Shown here: positions 52,501 through 64,000 of the stretch, piece after piece
Layout: every line of letters starts with the position of its first letter
Numbering within the stretch: position 1 is the stretch's first letter
From: the human T2T-CHM13v2.0 reference genome, Homo sapiens
Length of the DNA stretch: 64,000 bases
NCBI RefSeq assembly: GCF_009914755.1
Contig: NC_060941.1
Strand: one strand, 5' to 3'
Position numbers and translations under genes: made by a program
The notes under the pieces: generated by a model
Databases searched by the model: none
Told to the model about the DNA's origin: nothing
Seen by the model: the letters and a program-made list of their open reading frames with translations, nothing else

Positions 52501-55500
52501 CGGAATCATCTTCACATAAAAATTACACAGAAGCATTCTCAGGAACTCCTTGGTGATGTTTGTATTCAACTTCCAGAGTTGAACTTTCCTTCGGAAAGAG
52601 CAGCTATGAAACACTCTTTTTCTAGAATCTGCAAGTGGACATTGGGAGGGCTGTGAGGTTTGTGGTGGAAAAGGAAATATCTCCACATAAATACTAGATA
52701 GAAGCCTTCTCAGAAACTACTTTGTGATGATTGCATTCACCTCACGGAGTGGAGCATTCCTATTGACAGAGCAGTTTGGAAACACTCTTGTTGTAGAATC
52801 TGCTAGTGGAGATTTGGAGCGCTTTGAGGCCTATGGTAGTAAAGGGAAGAGCTTCACATAAAATCTAGACAGAAGCATTCTCAGAAAATACTTTGTGATG
52901 ATTGAGTTTAACACACAGAGCTGAACATTCCTTTGGATGGAGAAGGTTTGAAACACACTTTCTGTAGAATCTGCGAGTGGATATTTGGACCTCTCTGAGG
53001 ATTTCGTTGGAAACGGGATAACTGCACCTAACTAAACGGAAGCATTCTCACAAAATTCTTTGTGATGTTTGCATTCAAATCCCAGAGTTGAACCTTCCTT
53101 TGATAGTTCAGCTTTGAAACACTCTTTTTGTAGGATCTGCAGGTGGATATTTGGACCACTCTTTGGCCTTCGTTCGAAACGGGTACATCTTCAAATAAAA
53201 TCTAGACAGAAGCCTTCTCAGAAACTTCTCTGTGACGATTGCATTCAACTCACAGCGTTGAACCCTCCTATGGATAGAGCAGGTTTGAATCTCTCTTTTT
53301 GTGGAATCTGCAAGTGGATGTGTGGTCCTCTTTGAAGATGTCTTTGGAAACGGGAATATCTTCACATAAAAACTAAACAGAAGCATTCTCAGAAACTTCT
53401 CTGTGATGTTTGTGTTCAACTCACAGAGCTTCACGTTGCTTTTCATAGAGCAGATGAGAAACATGCTTTTCATAGGGTCTGCAAGTGGACATTTGGAGAG
53501 CTTTCAGGCCTGTGGTGGAAAACGAATTATCGTCACGTAAAAACTAGAGAGAAGCATTGTCAGAAACTTGTTTGTGATGACTGCATTCAACACACAGAGT
53601 TGAAGGTTCCTTTTCAAACAGCAGTTTCCAAACACTCTTTCTGTGGCATCTGCAAGTGGAGGTTTGGGCCTCTTTGAAGATTTCGTTGGAAACGGGATAA
53701 TCTTCACAGAAAAGCTAAACAGAAGCATTCTCAGAAACTTCTTTGTGATGTTTGCTTTCAACTCACAGAGTTGAACTTTCCTTTTGAGAGAGAAGCTTTG
53801 AAACACTCTTTTTCTAGAATCTGCAAGAGGATATTTGGAGGGCTTTGAGGCCTGAGGTGGAAAAGGAATTATCTTCCCGTAAGAACTAGATAGATGCATT
53901 CTCAGAAACTACTTTGTGACGATTGCATTCAAGTCACAGAGGTGAACATTCCCTTTCAGAGAGCACTTTGGAAACTCTCGTTGTGTAGAATCTGCAAGTG
54001 GAGATATGGACCGCTTTGAGGTCTATGGTAGTAAAGGAAACAGCTTCATATAAAAACTAGACAGCAGCATTCTCAGAAAACTGTTTGTGACGACTGAGTT
54101 TAACTCACAGGGCTGAACATTCCTTTGGATGGAGCAGTTTGGAAACACACTATCTGTAGGATCTGCAAGCGGATACTTGGGCCTCCCTGAGGATTTCGTT
54201 GGAAACGGGATAAACCGCACAGAACTAAACAGAAGCATTCTCAGAACCTTCTTCGTGATGTTTGCATTCAACCCACAGTGTTGAACCTTTCTTTGATAGT
54301 TCAGGTTTGAAACACTCTTTTTGTAGAAACTGCAAGTGGATAACTGCACTTCTTTGAGGCCTATCGTAGTAAAGGAAATAACTTCCTATAAAAACAAGAC
54401 AGAAGCTTTCTCAGAAAATTCTCTGGGATGATTGAGTTGAACTCACAGAGCAGTACTTTCCTTGGGATGGAGTAGTTTCAAAACACACTTTCTGTAGAAT
54501 CTGCAAGTGGATATTTGGACCTGTATGAGGAATTCGTTGCAAACAGGATAATTTCAGCTAAGTAAACAGAAGCAGTCTCAGAATCTTCTTGTGATGTTTG
54601 CATTCAAATCCCAGAATTGAACCTTCCTTTGAAAGTTCAGGTTGGAAACACTCTTTTTGCAGGATCTACAAGTGGATATTCGGACCACTCTGTGGACTTC
54701 GTTCGAAACGGGTATATCTTCACATAACATCTAGACAGAAGCATTCTCAGAAACTTTTCTGTGATGACTGCATTCAACTCACAGAGTTCAACACTCCTTT
54801 TGAGAGCGCAGTTTTGAAACTCTCTTTCTCTGGAATCTGCAAGGGGACATGCAGACCTCTTTGAAGGTTTCGTTGGAAACGGAATCATCTTCACATAAAA
54901 ATTACACAGAAGCATCCTCAGGAACTCCTTGGTGATGTTTGTATTCAACTTCCAGAGTTGAACTTTCCTTCGGAAAGAACAGCTATGAAACACTCTTTTT
55001 CTAGAATTTGCAAGTGGACATTGGGAGGGCTGTGAGGTTTGTGGTGGAAAAGGAAATATCTCCACATAAATACTAGATAGAAGCCTTCTCAGAAACTCCT
55101 TTGTGATGATTGCATTCACCTCACGGAGTGGAGCATTCCTATTGACAGAGCAGTTTGGAAACACTCTTGTTGTAGAATCTGCTAGTGGAGATTTGGAGCG
55201 CTTTGAGGCCTATGGTAGTAAAGGGAAGAGCTTCACATAAAATCTAGACAGAAGCATTCTCAGAAAATACTTTGTGATGATTGAGTTTAACACACAGAGC
55301 TGAACATTCCTTTGGATGGAGAAGGTTTGAAACACACTTTCTGTAGAATCTGCGAGTGGATATTTGGACCTCTCTGAGGATTTCGTTGGAAACGGGATAA
55401 CTGCACCTAACTAAACGGAAGCATTCTCACAAAATTCTTTGTGATGTTTGCATTCAAATCCCAGAGTTGAACCTTCCTTTGATAGTTCAGCTTTGAAACA

Positions 55501-58500
55501 CTCTTTTTGTAGGATCTGCAGGGGGATATTTGGACCACGCTTTGGCCTTCGTTCGAAACGGGTACATCTTCAAATAAAATCTAGACAGAAGCCTTCTCAG
55601 AAACTTCTCTGTGACGATTGCATTCAACTCAAAGCGTTGAAACCTCCTATGGATAGAGCAGTTTTGAATCTCTCTTTTTGTGGAATCTGCAAGTGGATAT
55701 GTGGTCCTCTTTGAAGATGTCTTTGGAAACGGGAATATCTTCACATAAAAACTAAACAGAAGCATTCTCAGAAACTTCTCTGTGATGTTTGTGTTCAACT
55801 CACAGAGTTTCACGTTGCTTTTCATAGAGCAGATGAGAAACATGCTTTTCGTAGGGTCTGCAAGTGGACATTTGGAGAGATTTCAGGCCAGTGGTGGAAA
55901 ACGAATTATCGTCACGTAAAAACTAGAGAGAAGCATTGTCAGAAACTTGTTTGTGATGACTGCATTCAACTCACAGAGTTGAAGGTTCCTTTTCAAACAG
56001 TAGTTTCCAAACACTCTTTCTGTGGCATCTGCAAGTGGATGTTTGGGCCTCTTTGAAGATTTCGTTGGAAACGGGATAATCTTCACAGAAAAGCTAAACA
56101 GAAGCATTCTCAGAAACTTCTTTGTGATGTTTGCTTTCAACTCACAGAGTTGAACTTTCCTTTTGAGAGAGAAGCTTTGAAACACTCTTTTTCTAGAATC
56201 TGCAAGTGGATATTTGGAGGGCTTTGAGGCCTGTGGTGGCAAAAGAATTATCTTCCCGTAAGAACTAGATAGATGCATTCTCAGAAACTTCTTTGTGACG
56301 ATTGCATTCAAGTCACAGAGGTGAACATTCCCTTTCAGAGAGCACTTTGGAAACTCTCGCTGTGTAGAATCTGCAAGTGGAGATATGGACCGCTTTGAGG
56401 CCTATGGTAGTAAAGGAAACAGCTTCATATAAAAGCTAGACAGCAGCATTCTCAGAAAACTCTTTGTGATGACTGAGTTTAACTCACAGGGCTGAACATT
56501 CCTTTGGATGGAGCAGTTTGGAAACACACTATCTGTAGGATCTGCAAGCGGATACTTGGGCCTCTCTGAGGATTTCGTTGGAAACGGGATAAACCGCACA
56601 GAACTAAACAGAAGCATTCTCAGAACCTTCTTCGTGATGTTTGCATTCAACCCACAGTGTTGAACCTTTCTTTGATAGTTCAGGTTTGAAACACTCTTTT
56701 TGTAGAAACTGCAAGTGGATAACTGCACTTCTTTGAGGCCTATCGTAGTAAAGGAAATAACTTCCTATAAAAACAAGACAGAAGCTTTCTCAGAAAAATC
56801 TCTGGGATGATTGTGTTGAACTCACAGAGCAGTACTTTCCTTGGGATGGAGTAGTTTCGAAACACACTTTCTGTAGAATCTGCAAGTGGATATTTAGACC
56901 TGTCTGAGGAATTCGTTGCAAACGGGATAATTTCAGCTAAGTAAACAGAAGCAGTCTCAGAATTTTCTTGTGATGTTTGCATTCAAATCCCAGAATTGAA
57001 CCTTCCTTTGAAAGTTCAGGTTGGAAACACTCTTTTTGGAGGATCTACAAGTGGATATTCGGACCTCTCTGTGGACTTCGTTCGAAACGGGTATATCTTC
57101 ACATAACATCTAGACAGAAGCATTCTCAGAAACTTTTCTGTGATGACTGCATTCAACTCACAGAGTTGAACACTCCTTTTGAGAGCGCAGTTTGGAAACT
57201 CTCTTTCTCTGGAATCTGCAAGGGGACATGCAGACCTCTTTGAAGGTTTCGTTGGAAACGGAATCATCTTCACATAAAAATTACACAGAAGCATCCTCAG
57301 GAACTCCTTGGTGATGTTTGTATTCAACTTCCAGAGTTGAACTTTCCTTCGGAAAGAGCAGCTATGAAACACTCTTTTTCTAGAATCTGCAAGTGGACAT
57401 TGGGAGGGCTGTGAGGTTTGTGGTGGAAAAGGAAATATCTCCACATAAATACTAGATAGAAGCCTTCTCAGAAACTCCTTTGTGATGATTGCATTCACCT
57501 CACGGAGTTGAGCACTCCTATTGACAGAGCAGTTTGGAAACACTCTTGTTGTAGAATCTCCTAGTGGAGATTTGGAGCGCTTTGAGGCCTATGGTAGTAA
57601 AGGGAAGAGCTTCACATAAAATCTAGACAGAAGCATTCTCAGAAAATACTTTGTGATGATTGAGTTTAACACACAGAGCTGAACATTCCTTTGGATGGAG
57701 AAGGTTTGAAACACACTTTCTGTAGAATCTGCGAGTGGATATTTGGACCTCTCTGAGGATTTCGTTGGAAACGGGATAACTGCACCTAACTAAACGGAAG
57801 CATTCTCACAAAATTCTTTGTGATGTTTGCATTCAAATCCCAGAGTTGAACCTTCCTTTGATAGTTCAGCTTTGAAACACTCTTTTTGTAGGATCTGCAG
57901 GTGGATATTTGGACCACTCTTTGGCCTTCGTTCGAAACGGGTACATCTTCAAATAAAATCTAGACAGAAGCCTTCTCAGAAACTTCTCTGTGACGATTGC
58001 ATTCAACTCACAGCGTTGAACCCTCCTATGGATAGAGCAGGTTTGAATCTCTCTTTTTGTGGAATCTGCAAGTGGATGTGTGGTCCTCTTTGAAGATGTC
58101 TTTGGAAACGGGAATATCTTCACATAAAAACTAAACAGAAGCATTCTCAGAAACTTCTCTGTGATGTTTGTGTTCAACTCACAGAGCTTCACGTTGCTTT
58201 TCATAGAGCAGATGAGAAACATGCTTTTCATAGGGTCTGCAAGTGGACATTTGGAGAGCTTTCAGGCCTGTGGTGGAAAACGAATTATCGTCACGTAAAA
58301 ACTAGAGAGAAGCATTGTCAGAAACTTGTTTGTGATGACTGCATTCAACACACAGAGTTGAAGGTTCCTTTTCAAACAGCAGTTTCCAAACACTCTTTCT
58401 GTGGCATCTGCAAGTGGAGGTTTGGGCCTCTTTGAAGATTTCGTTGGAAACGGGATAATCTTCACAGAAAAGCTAAACAGAAGCATTCTCAGAAACTTCT

Positions 58501-61500
58501 TTGTGATGTTTGCTTTCAACTCACAGAGTTGAACTTTCCTTTTGAGAGAGAAGCTTTGAAACACTCTTTTTCTAGAATCTGCAAGAGGATATTTGGAGGG
58601 CTTTGAGGCCTGAGGTGGAAAAGGAATTATCTTCCCGTAAGAACTAGATAGATGCATTCTCAGAAACTACTTTGTGACGATTGCATTCAAGTCACAGAGG
58701 TGAACATTCCCTTTCAGAGAGCACTTTGGAAACTCTCGTTGTGTAGAATCTGCAAGTGGAGATATGGACCGCTTTGAGGTCTATGGTAGTAAAGGAAACA
58801 GCTTCATATAAAAACTAGACAGCAGCATTCTCAGAAAACTGTTTGTGACGACTGAGTTTAACTCACAGGGCTGAACATTCCTTTGGATGGAGCAGTTTGG
58901 AAACACACTATCTGTAGGATCTGCAAGCGGATACTTGGGCCTCCCTGAGGATTTCGTTGGAAACGGGATAAACCGCACAGAACTAAACAGAAGCATTCTC
59001 AGAACCTTCTTCGTGATGTTTGCATTCAACCCACAGTGTTGAACCTTTCTTTGATAGTTCAGGTTTGAAACACTCTTTTTGTAGAAACTGCAAGTGGATA
59101 ACTGCACTTCTTTGAGGCCTATCGTAGTAAAGGAAATAACTTCCTATAAAAACAAGACAGAAGCTTTCTCAGAAAATTCTCTGGGATGATTGAGTTGAAC
59201 TCACAGAGCAGTACTTTCCTTGGGATGGAGTAGTTTCAAAACACACTTTCTGTAGAATCTGCAAGTGGATATTTGGACCTGTATGAGGAATTCGTTGCAA
59301 ACAGGATAATTTCAGCTAAGTAAACAGAAGCAGTCTCAGAATCTTCTTGTGATGTTTGCATTCAAATCCCAGAATTGAACCTTCCTTTGAAAGTTCAGGT
59401 TGGAAACACTCTTTTTGCAGGATCTACAAGTGGATATTCGGACCACTCTGTGGACTTCGTTCGAAACGGGTATATCTTCACATAACATCTAGACAGAAGC
59501 ATTCTCAGAAACTTTTCTGTGATGACTGCATTCAACTCACAGAGTTCAACACTCCTTTTGAGAGCGCAGTTTTGAAACTCTCTTTCTCTGGAATCTGCAA
59601 GGGGACATGCAGACCTCTTTGAAGGTTTCGTTGGAAACGGAATCATCTTCACATAAAAATTACACAGAAGCATCCTCAGGAACTCCTTGGTGATGTTTGT
59701 ATTCAACTTCCAGAGTTGAACTTTCCTTCGGAAAGAACAGCTATGAAACACTCTTTTTCTAGAATTTGCAAGTGGACATTGGGAGGGCTGTGAGGTTTGT
59801 GGTGGAAAAGGAAATATCTCCACATAAATACTAGATAGAAGCCTTCTCAGAAACTCCTTTGTGATGATTGCATTCACCTCACGGAGTGGAGCATTCCTAT
59901 TGACAGAGCAGTTTGGAAACACTCTTGTTGTAGAATCTGCTAGTGGAGATTTGGAGCGCTTTGAGGCCTATGGTAGTAAAGGGAAGAGCTTCACATAAAA
60001 TCTAGACAGAAGCATTCTCAGAAAATACTTTGTGATGATTGAGTTTAACACACAGAGCTGAACATTCCTTTGGATGGAGAAGGTTTGAAACACACTTTCT
60101 GTAGAATCTGCGAGTGGATATTTGGACCTCTCTGAGGATTTCGTTGGAAACGGGATAACTGCACCTAACTAAACGGAAGCATTCTCACAAAATTCTTTGT
60201 GATGTTTGCATTCAAATCCCAGAGTTGAACCTTCCTTTGATAGTTCAGCTTTGAAACACTCTTTTTGTAGGATCTGCAGGGGGATATTTGGACCACGCTT
60301 TGGCCTTCGTTCGAAACGGGTACATCTTCAAATAAAATCTAGACAGAAGCCTTCTCAGAAACTTCTCTGTGACGATTGCATTCAACTCAAAGCGTTGAAA
60401 CCTCCTATGGATAGAGCAGTTTTGAATCTCTCTTTTTGTGGAATCTGCAAGTGGATATGTGGTCCTCTTTGAAGATGTCTTTGGAAACGGGAATATCTTC
60501 ACATAAAAACTAAACAGAAGCATTCTCAGAAACTTCTCTGTGATGTTTGTGTTCAACTCACAGAGTTTCACGTTGCTTTTCATAGAGCAGATGAGAAACA
60601 TGCTTTTCGTAGGGTCTGCAAGTGGACATTTGGAGAGATTTCAGGCCAGTGGTGGAAAACGAATTATCGTCACGTAAAAACTAGAGAGAAGCATTGTCAG
60701 AAACTTGTTTGTGATGACTGCATTCAACTCACAGAGTTGAAGGTTCCTTTTCAAACAGTAGTTTCCAAACACTCTTTCTGTGGCATCTGCAAGTGGATGT
60801 TTGGGCCTCTTTGAAGATTTCGTTGGAAACGGGATAATCTTCACAGAAAAGCTAAACAGAAGCATTCTCAGAAACTTCTTTGTGATGTTTGCTTTCAACT
60901 CACAGAGTTGAACTTTCCTTTTGAGAGAGAAGCTTTGAAACACTCTTTTTCTAGAATCTGCAAGTGGATATTTGGAGGGCTTTGAGGCCTGTGGTGGCAA
61001 AAGAATTATCTTCCCGTAAGAACTAGATAGATGCATTCTCAGAAACTTCTTTGTGACGATTGCATTCAAGTCACAGAGGTGAACATTCCCTTTCAGAGAG
61101 CACTTTGGAAACTCTCGCTGTGTAGAATCTGCAAGTGGAGATATGGACCGCTTTGAGGCCTATGGTAGTAAAGGAAACAGCTTCATATAAAAGCTAGACA
61201 GCAGCATTCTCAGAAAACTCTTTGTGATGACTGAGTTTAACTCACAGGGCTGAACATTCCTTTGGATGGAGCAGTTTGGAAACACACTATCTGTAGGATC
61301 TGCAAGCGGATACTTGGGCCTCTCTGAGGATTTCGTTGGAAACGGGATAAACCGCACAGAACTAAACAGAAGCATTCTCAGAACCTTCTTCGTGATGTTT
61401 GCATTCAACCCACAGTGTTGAACCTTTCTTTGATAGTTCAGGTTTGAAACACTCTTTTTGTAGAAACTGCAAGTGGATAACTGCACTTCTTTGAGGCCTA

Positions 61501-64000
61501 TCGTAGTAAAGGAAATAACTTCCTATAAAAACAAGACAGAAGCTTTCTCAGAAAAATCTCTGGGATGATTGTGTTGAACTCACAGAGCAGTACTTTCCTT
61601 GGGATGGAGTAGTTTCGAAACACACTTTCTGTAGAATCTGCAAGTGGATATTTAGACCTGTCTGAGGAATTCGTTGCAAACGGGATAATTTCAGCTAAGT
61701 AAACAGAAGCAGTCTCAGAATTTTCTTGTGATGTTTGCATTCAAATCCCAGAATTGAACCTTCCTTTGAAAGTTCAGGTTGGAAACACTCTTTTTGGAGG
61801 ATCTACAAGTGGATATTCGGACCTCTCTGTGGACTTCGTTCGAAACGGGTATATCTTCACATAACATCTAGACAGAAGCATTCTCAGAAACTTTTCTGTG
61901 ATGACTGCATTCAACTCACAGAGTTGAACACTCCTTTTGAGAGCGCAGTTTGGAAACTCTCTTTCTCTGGAATCTGCAAGGGGACATGCAGACCTCTTTG
62001 AAGGTTTCGTTGGAAACGGAATCATCTTCACATAAAAATTACACAGAAGCATCCTCAGGAACTCCTTGGTGATGTTTGTATTCAACTTCCAGAGTTGAAC
62101 TTTCCTTCGGAAAGAGCAGCTATGAAACACTCTTTTTCTAGAATCTGCAAGTGGACATTGGGAGGGCTGTGAGGTTTGTGGTGGAAAAGGAAATATCTCC
62201 ACATAAATACTAGATAGAAGCCTTCTCAGAAACTCCTTTGTGATGATTGCATTCACCTCACGGAGTTGAGCACTCCTATTGACAGAGCAGTTTGGAAACA
62301 CTCTTGTTGTAGAATCTCCTAGTGGAGATTTGGAGCGCTTTGAGGCCTATGGTAGTAAAGGGAAGAGCTTCACATAAAATCTAGACAGAAGCATTCTCAG
62401 AAAATACTTTGTGATGATTGAGTTTAACACACAGAGCTGAACATTCCTTTGGATGGAGAAGGTTTGAAACACACTTTCTGTAGAATCTGCGAGTGGATAT
62501 TTGGACCTCTCTGAGGATTTCGTTGGAAACGGGATAACTGCACCTAACTAAACGGAAGCATTCTCACAAAATTCTTTGTGATGTTTGCATTCAAATCCCA
62601 GAGTTGAACCTTCCTTTGATAGTTCAGCTTTGAAACACTCTTTTTGTAGGATCTGCAGGGGGATATTTGGACCACGCTTTGGCCTTCGTTCGAAACGGGT
62701 ACATCTTCAAATAAAATCTAGACAGAAGCCTTCTCAGAAACTTCTCTGTGACGATTGCATTCAACTCAAAGCGTTGAAACCTCCTATGGATAGAGCAGTT
62801 TTGAATCTCTCTTTTTGTGGAATCTGCAAGTGGATATGTGGTCCTCTTTGAAGATGTCTTTGGAAACGGGAATATCTTCACATAAAAACTAAACAGAAGC
62901 ATTCTCAGAAACTTCTCTGTGATGTTTGTGTTCAACTCACAGAGTTTCACGTTGCTTTTCATAGAGCAGATGAGAAACATGCTTTTCGTAGGGTCTGCAA
63001 GTGGACATTTGGAGAGATTTCAGGCCAGTGGTGGAAAACGAATTATCGTCACGTAAAAACTAGAGAGAAGCATTGTCAGAAACTTGTTTGTGATGACTGC
63101 ATTCAACTCACAGAGTTGAAGGTTCCTTTTCAAACAGTAGTTTCCAAACACTCTTTCTGTGGCATCTGCAAGTGGATGTTTGGGCCTCTTTGAAGATTTC
63201 GTTGGAAACGGGATAATCTTCACAGAAAAGCTAAACAGAAGCATTCTCAGAAACTTCTTTGTGATGTTTGCTTTCAACTCACAGAGTTGAACTTTCCTTT
63301 TGAGAGAGAAGCTTTGAAACACTCTTTTTCTAGAATCTGCAAGTGGATATTTGGAGGGCTTTGAGGCCTGTGGTGGCAAAAGAATTATCTTCCCGTAAGA
63401 ACTAGATAGATGCATTCTCAGAAACTTCTTTGTGACGATTGCATTCAAGTCACAGAGGTGAACATTCCCTTTCAGAGAGCACTTTGGAAACTCTCGCTGT
63501 GTAGAATCTGCAAGTGGAGATATGGACCGCTTTGAGGCCTATGGTAGTAAAGGAAACAGCTTCATATAAAAGCTAGACAGCAGCATTCTCAGAAAACTCT
63601 TTGTGATGACTGAGTTTAACTCACAGGGCTGAACATTCCTTTGGATGGAGCAGTTTGGAAACACACTATCTGTAGGATCTGCAAGCGGATACTTGGGCCT
63701 CTCTGAGGATTTCGTTGGAAACGGGATAAACCGCACAGAACTAAACAGAAGCATTCTCAGAACCTTCTTCGTGATGTTTGCATTCAACCCACAGTGTTGA
63801 ACCTTTCTTTGATAGTTCAGGTTTGAAACACTCTTTTTGTAGAAACTGCAAGTGGATAACTGCACTTCTTTGAGGCCTATCGTAGTAAAGGAAATAACTT
63901 CCTATAAAAACAAGACAGAAGCTTTCTCAGAAAAATCTCTGGGATGATTGTGTTGAACTCACAGAGCAGTACTTTCCTTGGGATGGAGTAGTTTCGAAAC
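43527..64000 (+). repeat. Run of about 8.6 canonical-length 2379-bp HORs, including two alternating sequence haplotypes after about 50.7 kb
   Basis: ORF starts 43553, 45932, 48311, 50690, 53069, 55448, 57827, 60206, 62585, each 2379 apart. Confidence 0.96.
53043..62558 (+). repeat. Tandem duplication of a two-HOR (4758-bp) block defined by SNPs
   Basis: Variant translations are identical at +4758 (53069/57827, 53504/58262, 54637/59395, 55883/60641, 57016/61774) but differ at +2379. Confidence 0.9.

Larger units (their letters stand above)
1..64000 (+). repeat. Alpha satellite (alphoid) centromeric higher-order repeat array, single orientation
   Basis: Continuous ~171-bp monomers beginning CATTCTCAGAAAC-like, with typical alphoid motifs (TCAACTCACAGAGTTGAAC, GAATCTGCAAGTGGATATTTGGA) and CENP-B boxes TTCGTTGGAAACGGGA, all on the + strand. 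No non-alphoid sequence seen. Confidence 0.99.

Noticed and set aside
715-63865. Many 60-175 aa ORFs on both strands
   Set aside because: They recur with the HOR period, overlap on opposite strands, often use non-ATG starts, and are translations of 171-bp (57-codon) monomers. No recognisable protein family; useful only as periodicity and SNP markers.
1-64000. CRISPR-like repeat-spacer appearance of conserved motifs such as CAGAAGCATTCTCAGAAA
   Set aside because: Intervening sequences are homologous and periodic rather than unique spacers, and there are no cas genes.
1-64000. L1/Alu insertion, inversion or monomeric transition zone
   Set aside because: All spacings are fully explained by whole monomers, and no poly-A tails, foreign sequence or reverse-strand monomers were seen.

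Overview
The whole 64 kb is primate (most likely human) centromeric alpha satellite: about 376 head-to-tail ~171-bp monomers in one orientation, with no genes, transposon insertions or inversions seen. The monomers form a 14-monomer higher-order repeat (HOR) of exactly 2379 bp with one EcoRI site and six intact CENP-B boxes per unit. Size and pentameric (suprachromosomal family 3, W1-W5) organisation best fit the chromosome 17 14-mer arrays (D17Z1-B, or its sister D17Z1-C). All supplied ORFs are repeat artefacts. I found no new protein-coding system; the interesting content is the array architecture. Two independent 7-monomer deletion variants (1193 bp once, 1192 bp five times) converge on the same monomer-class heptamer. 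A strict 14+7 super-repeat of 3571 bp occurs five times. A 3-SNP hybrid patch at 26461-26474 records a recombination next to the 7-mer junction. A SNP-defined 4758-bp HOR dimer lies near the right end, and there are several haplotype blocks and CpG-type CENP-B box knock-outs. Monomer labels m1-m14 are my own, numbered from the window start.
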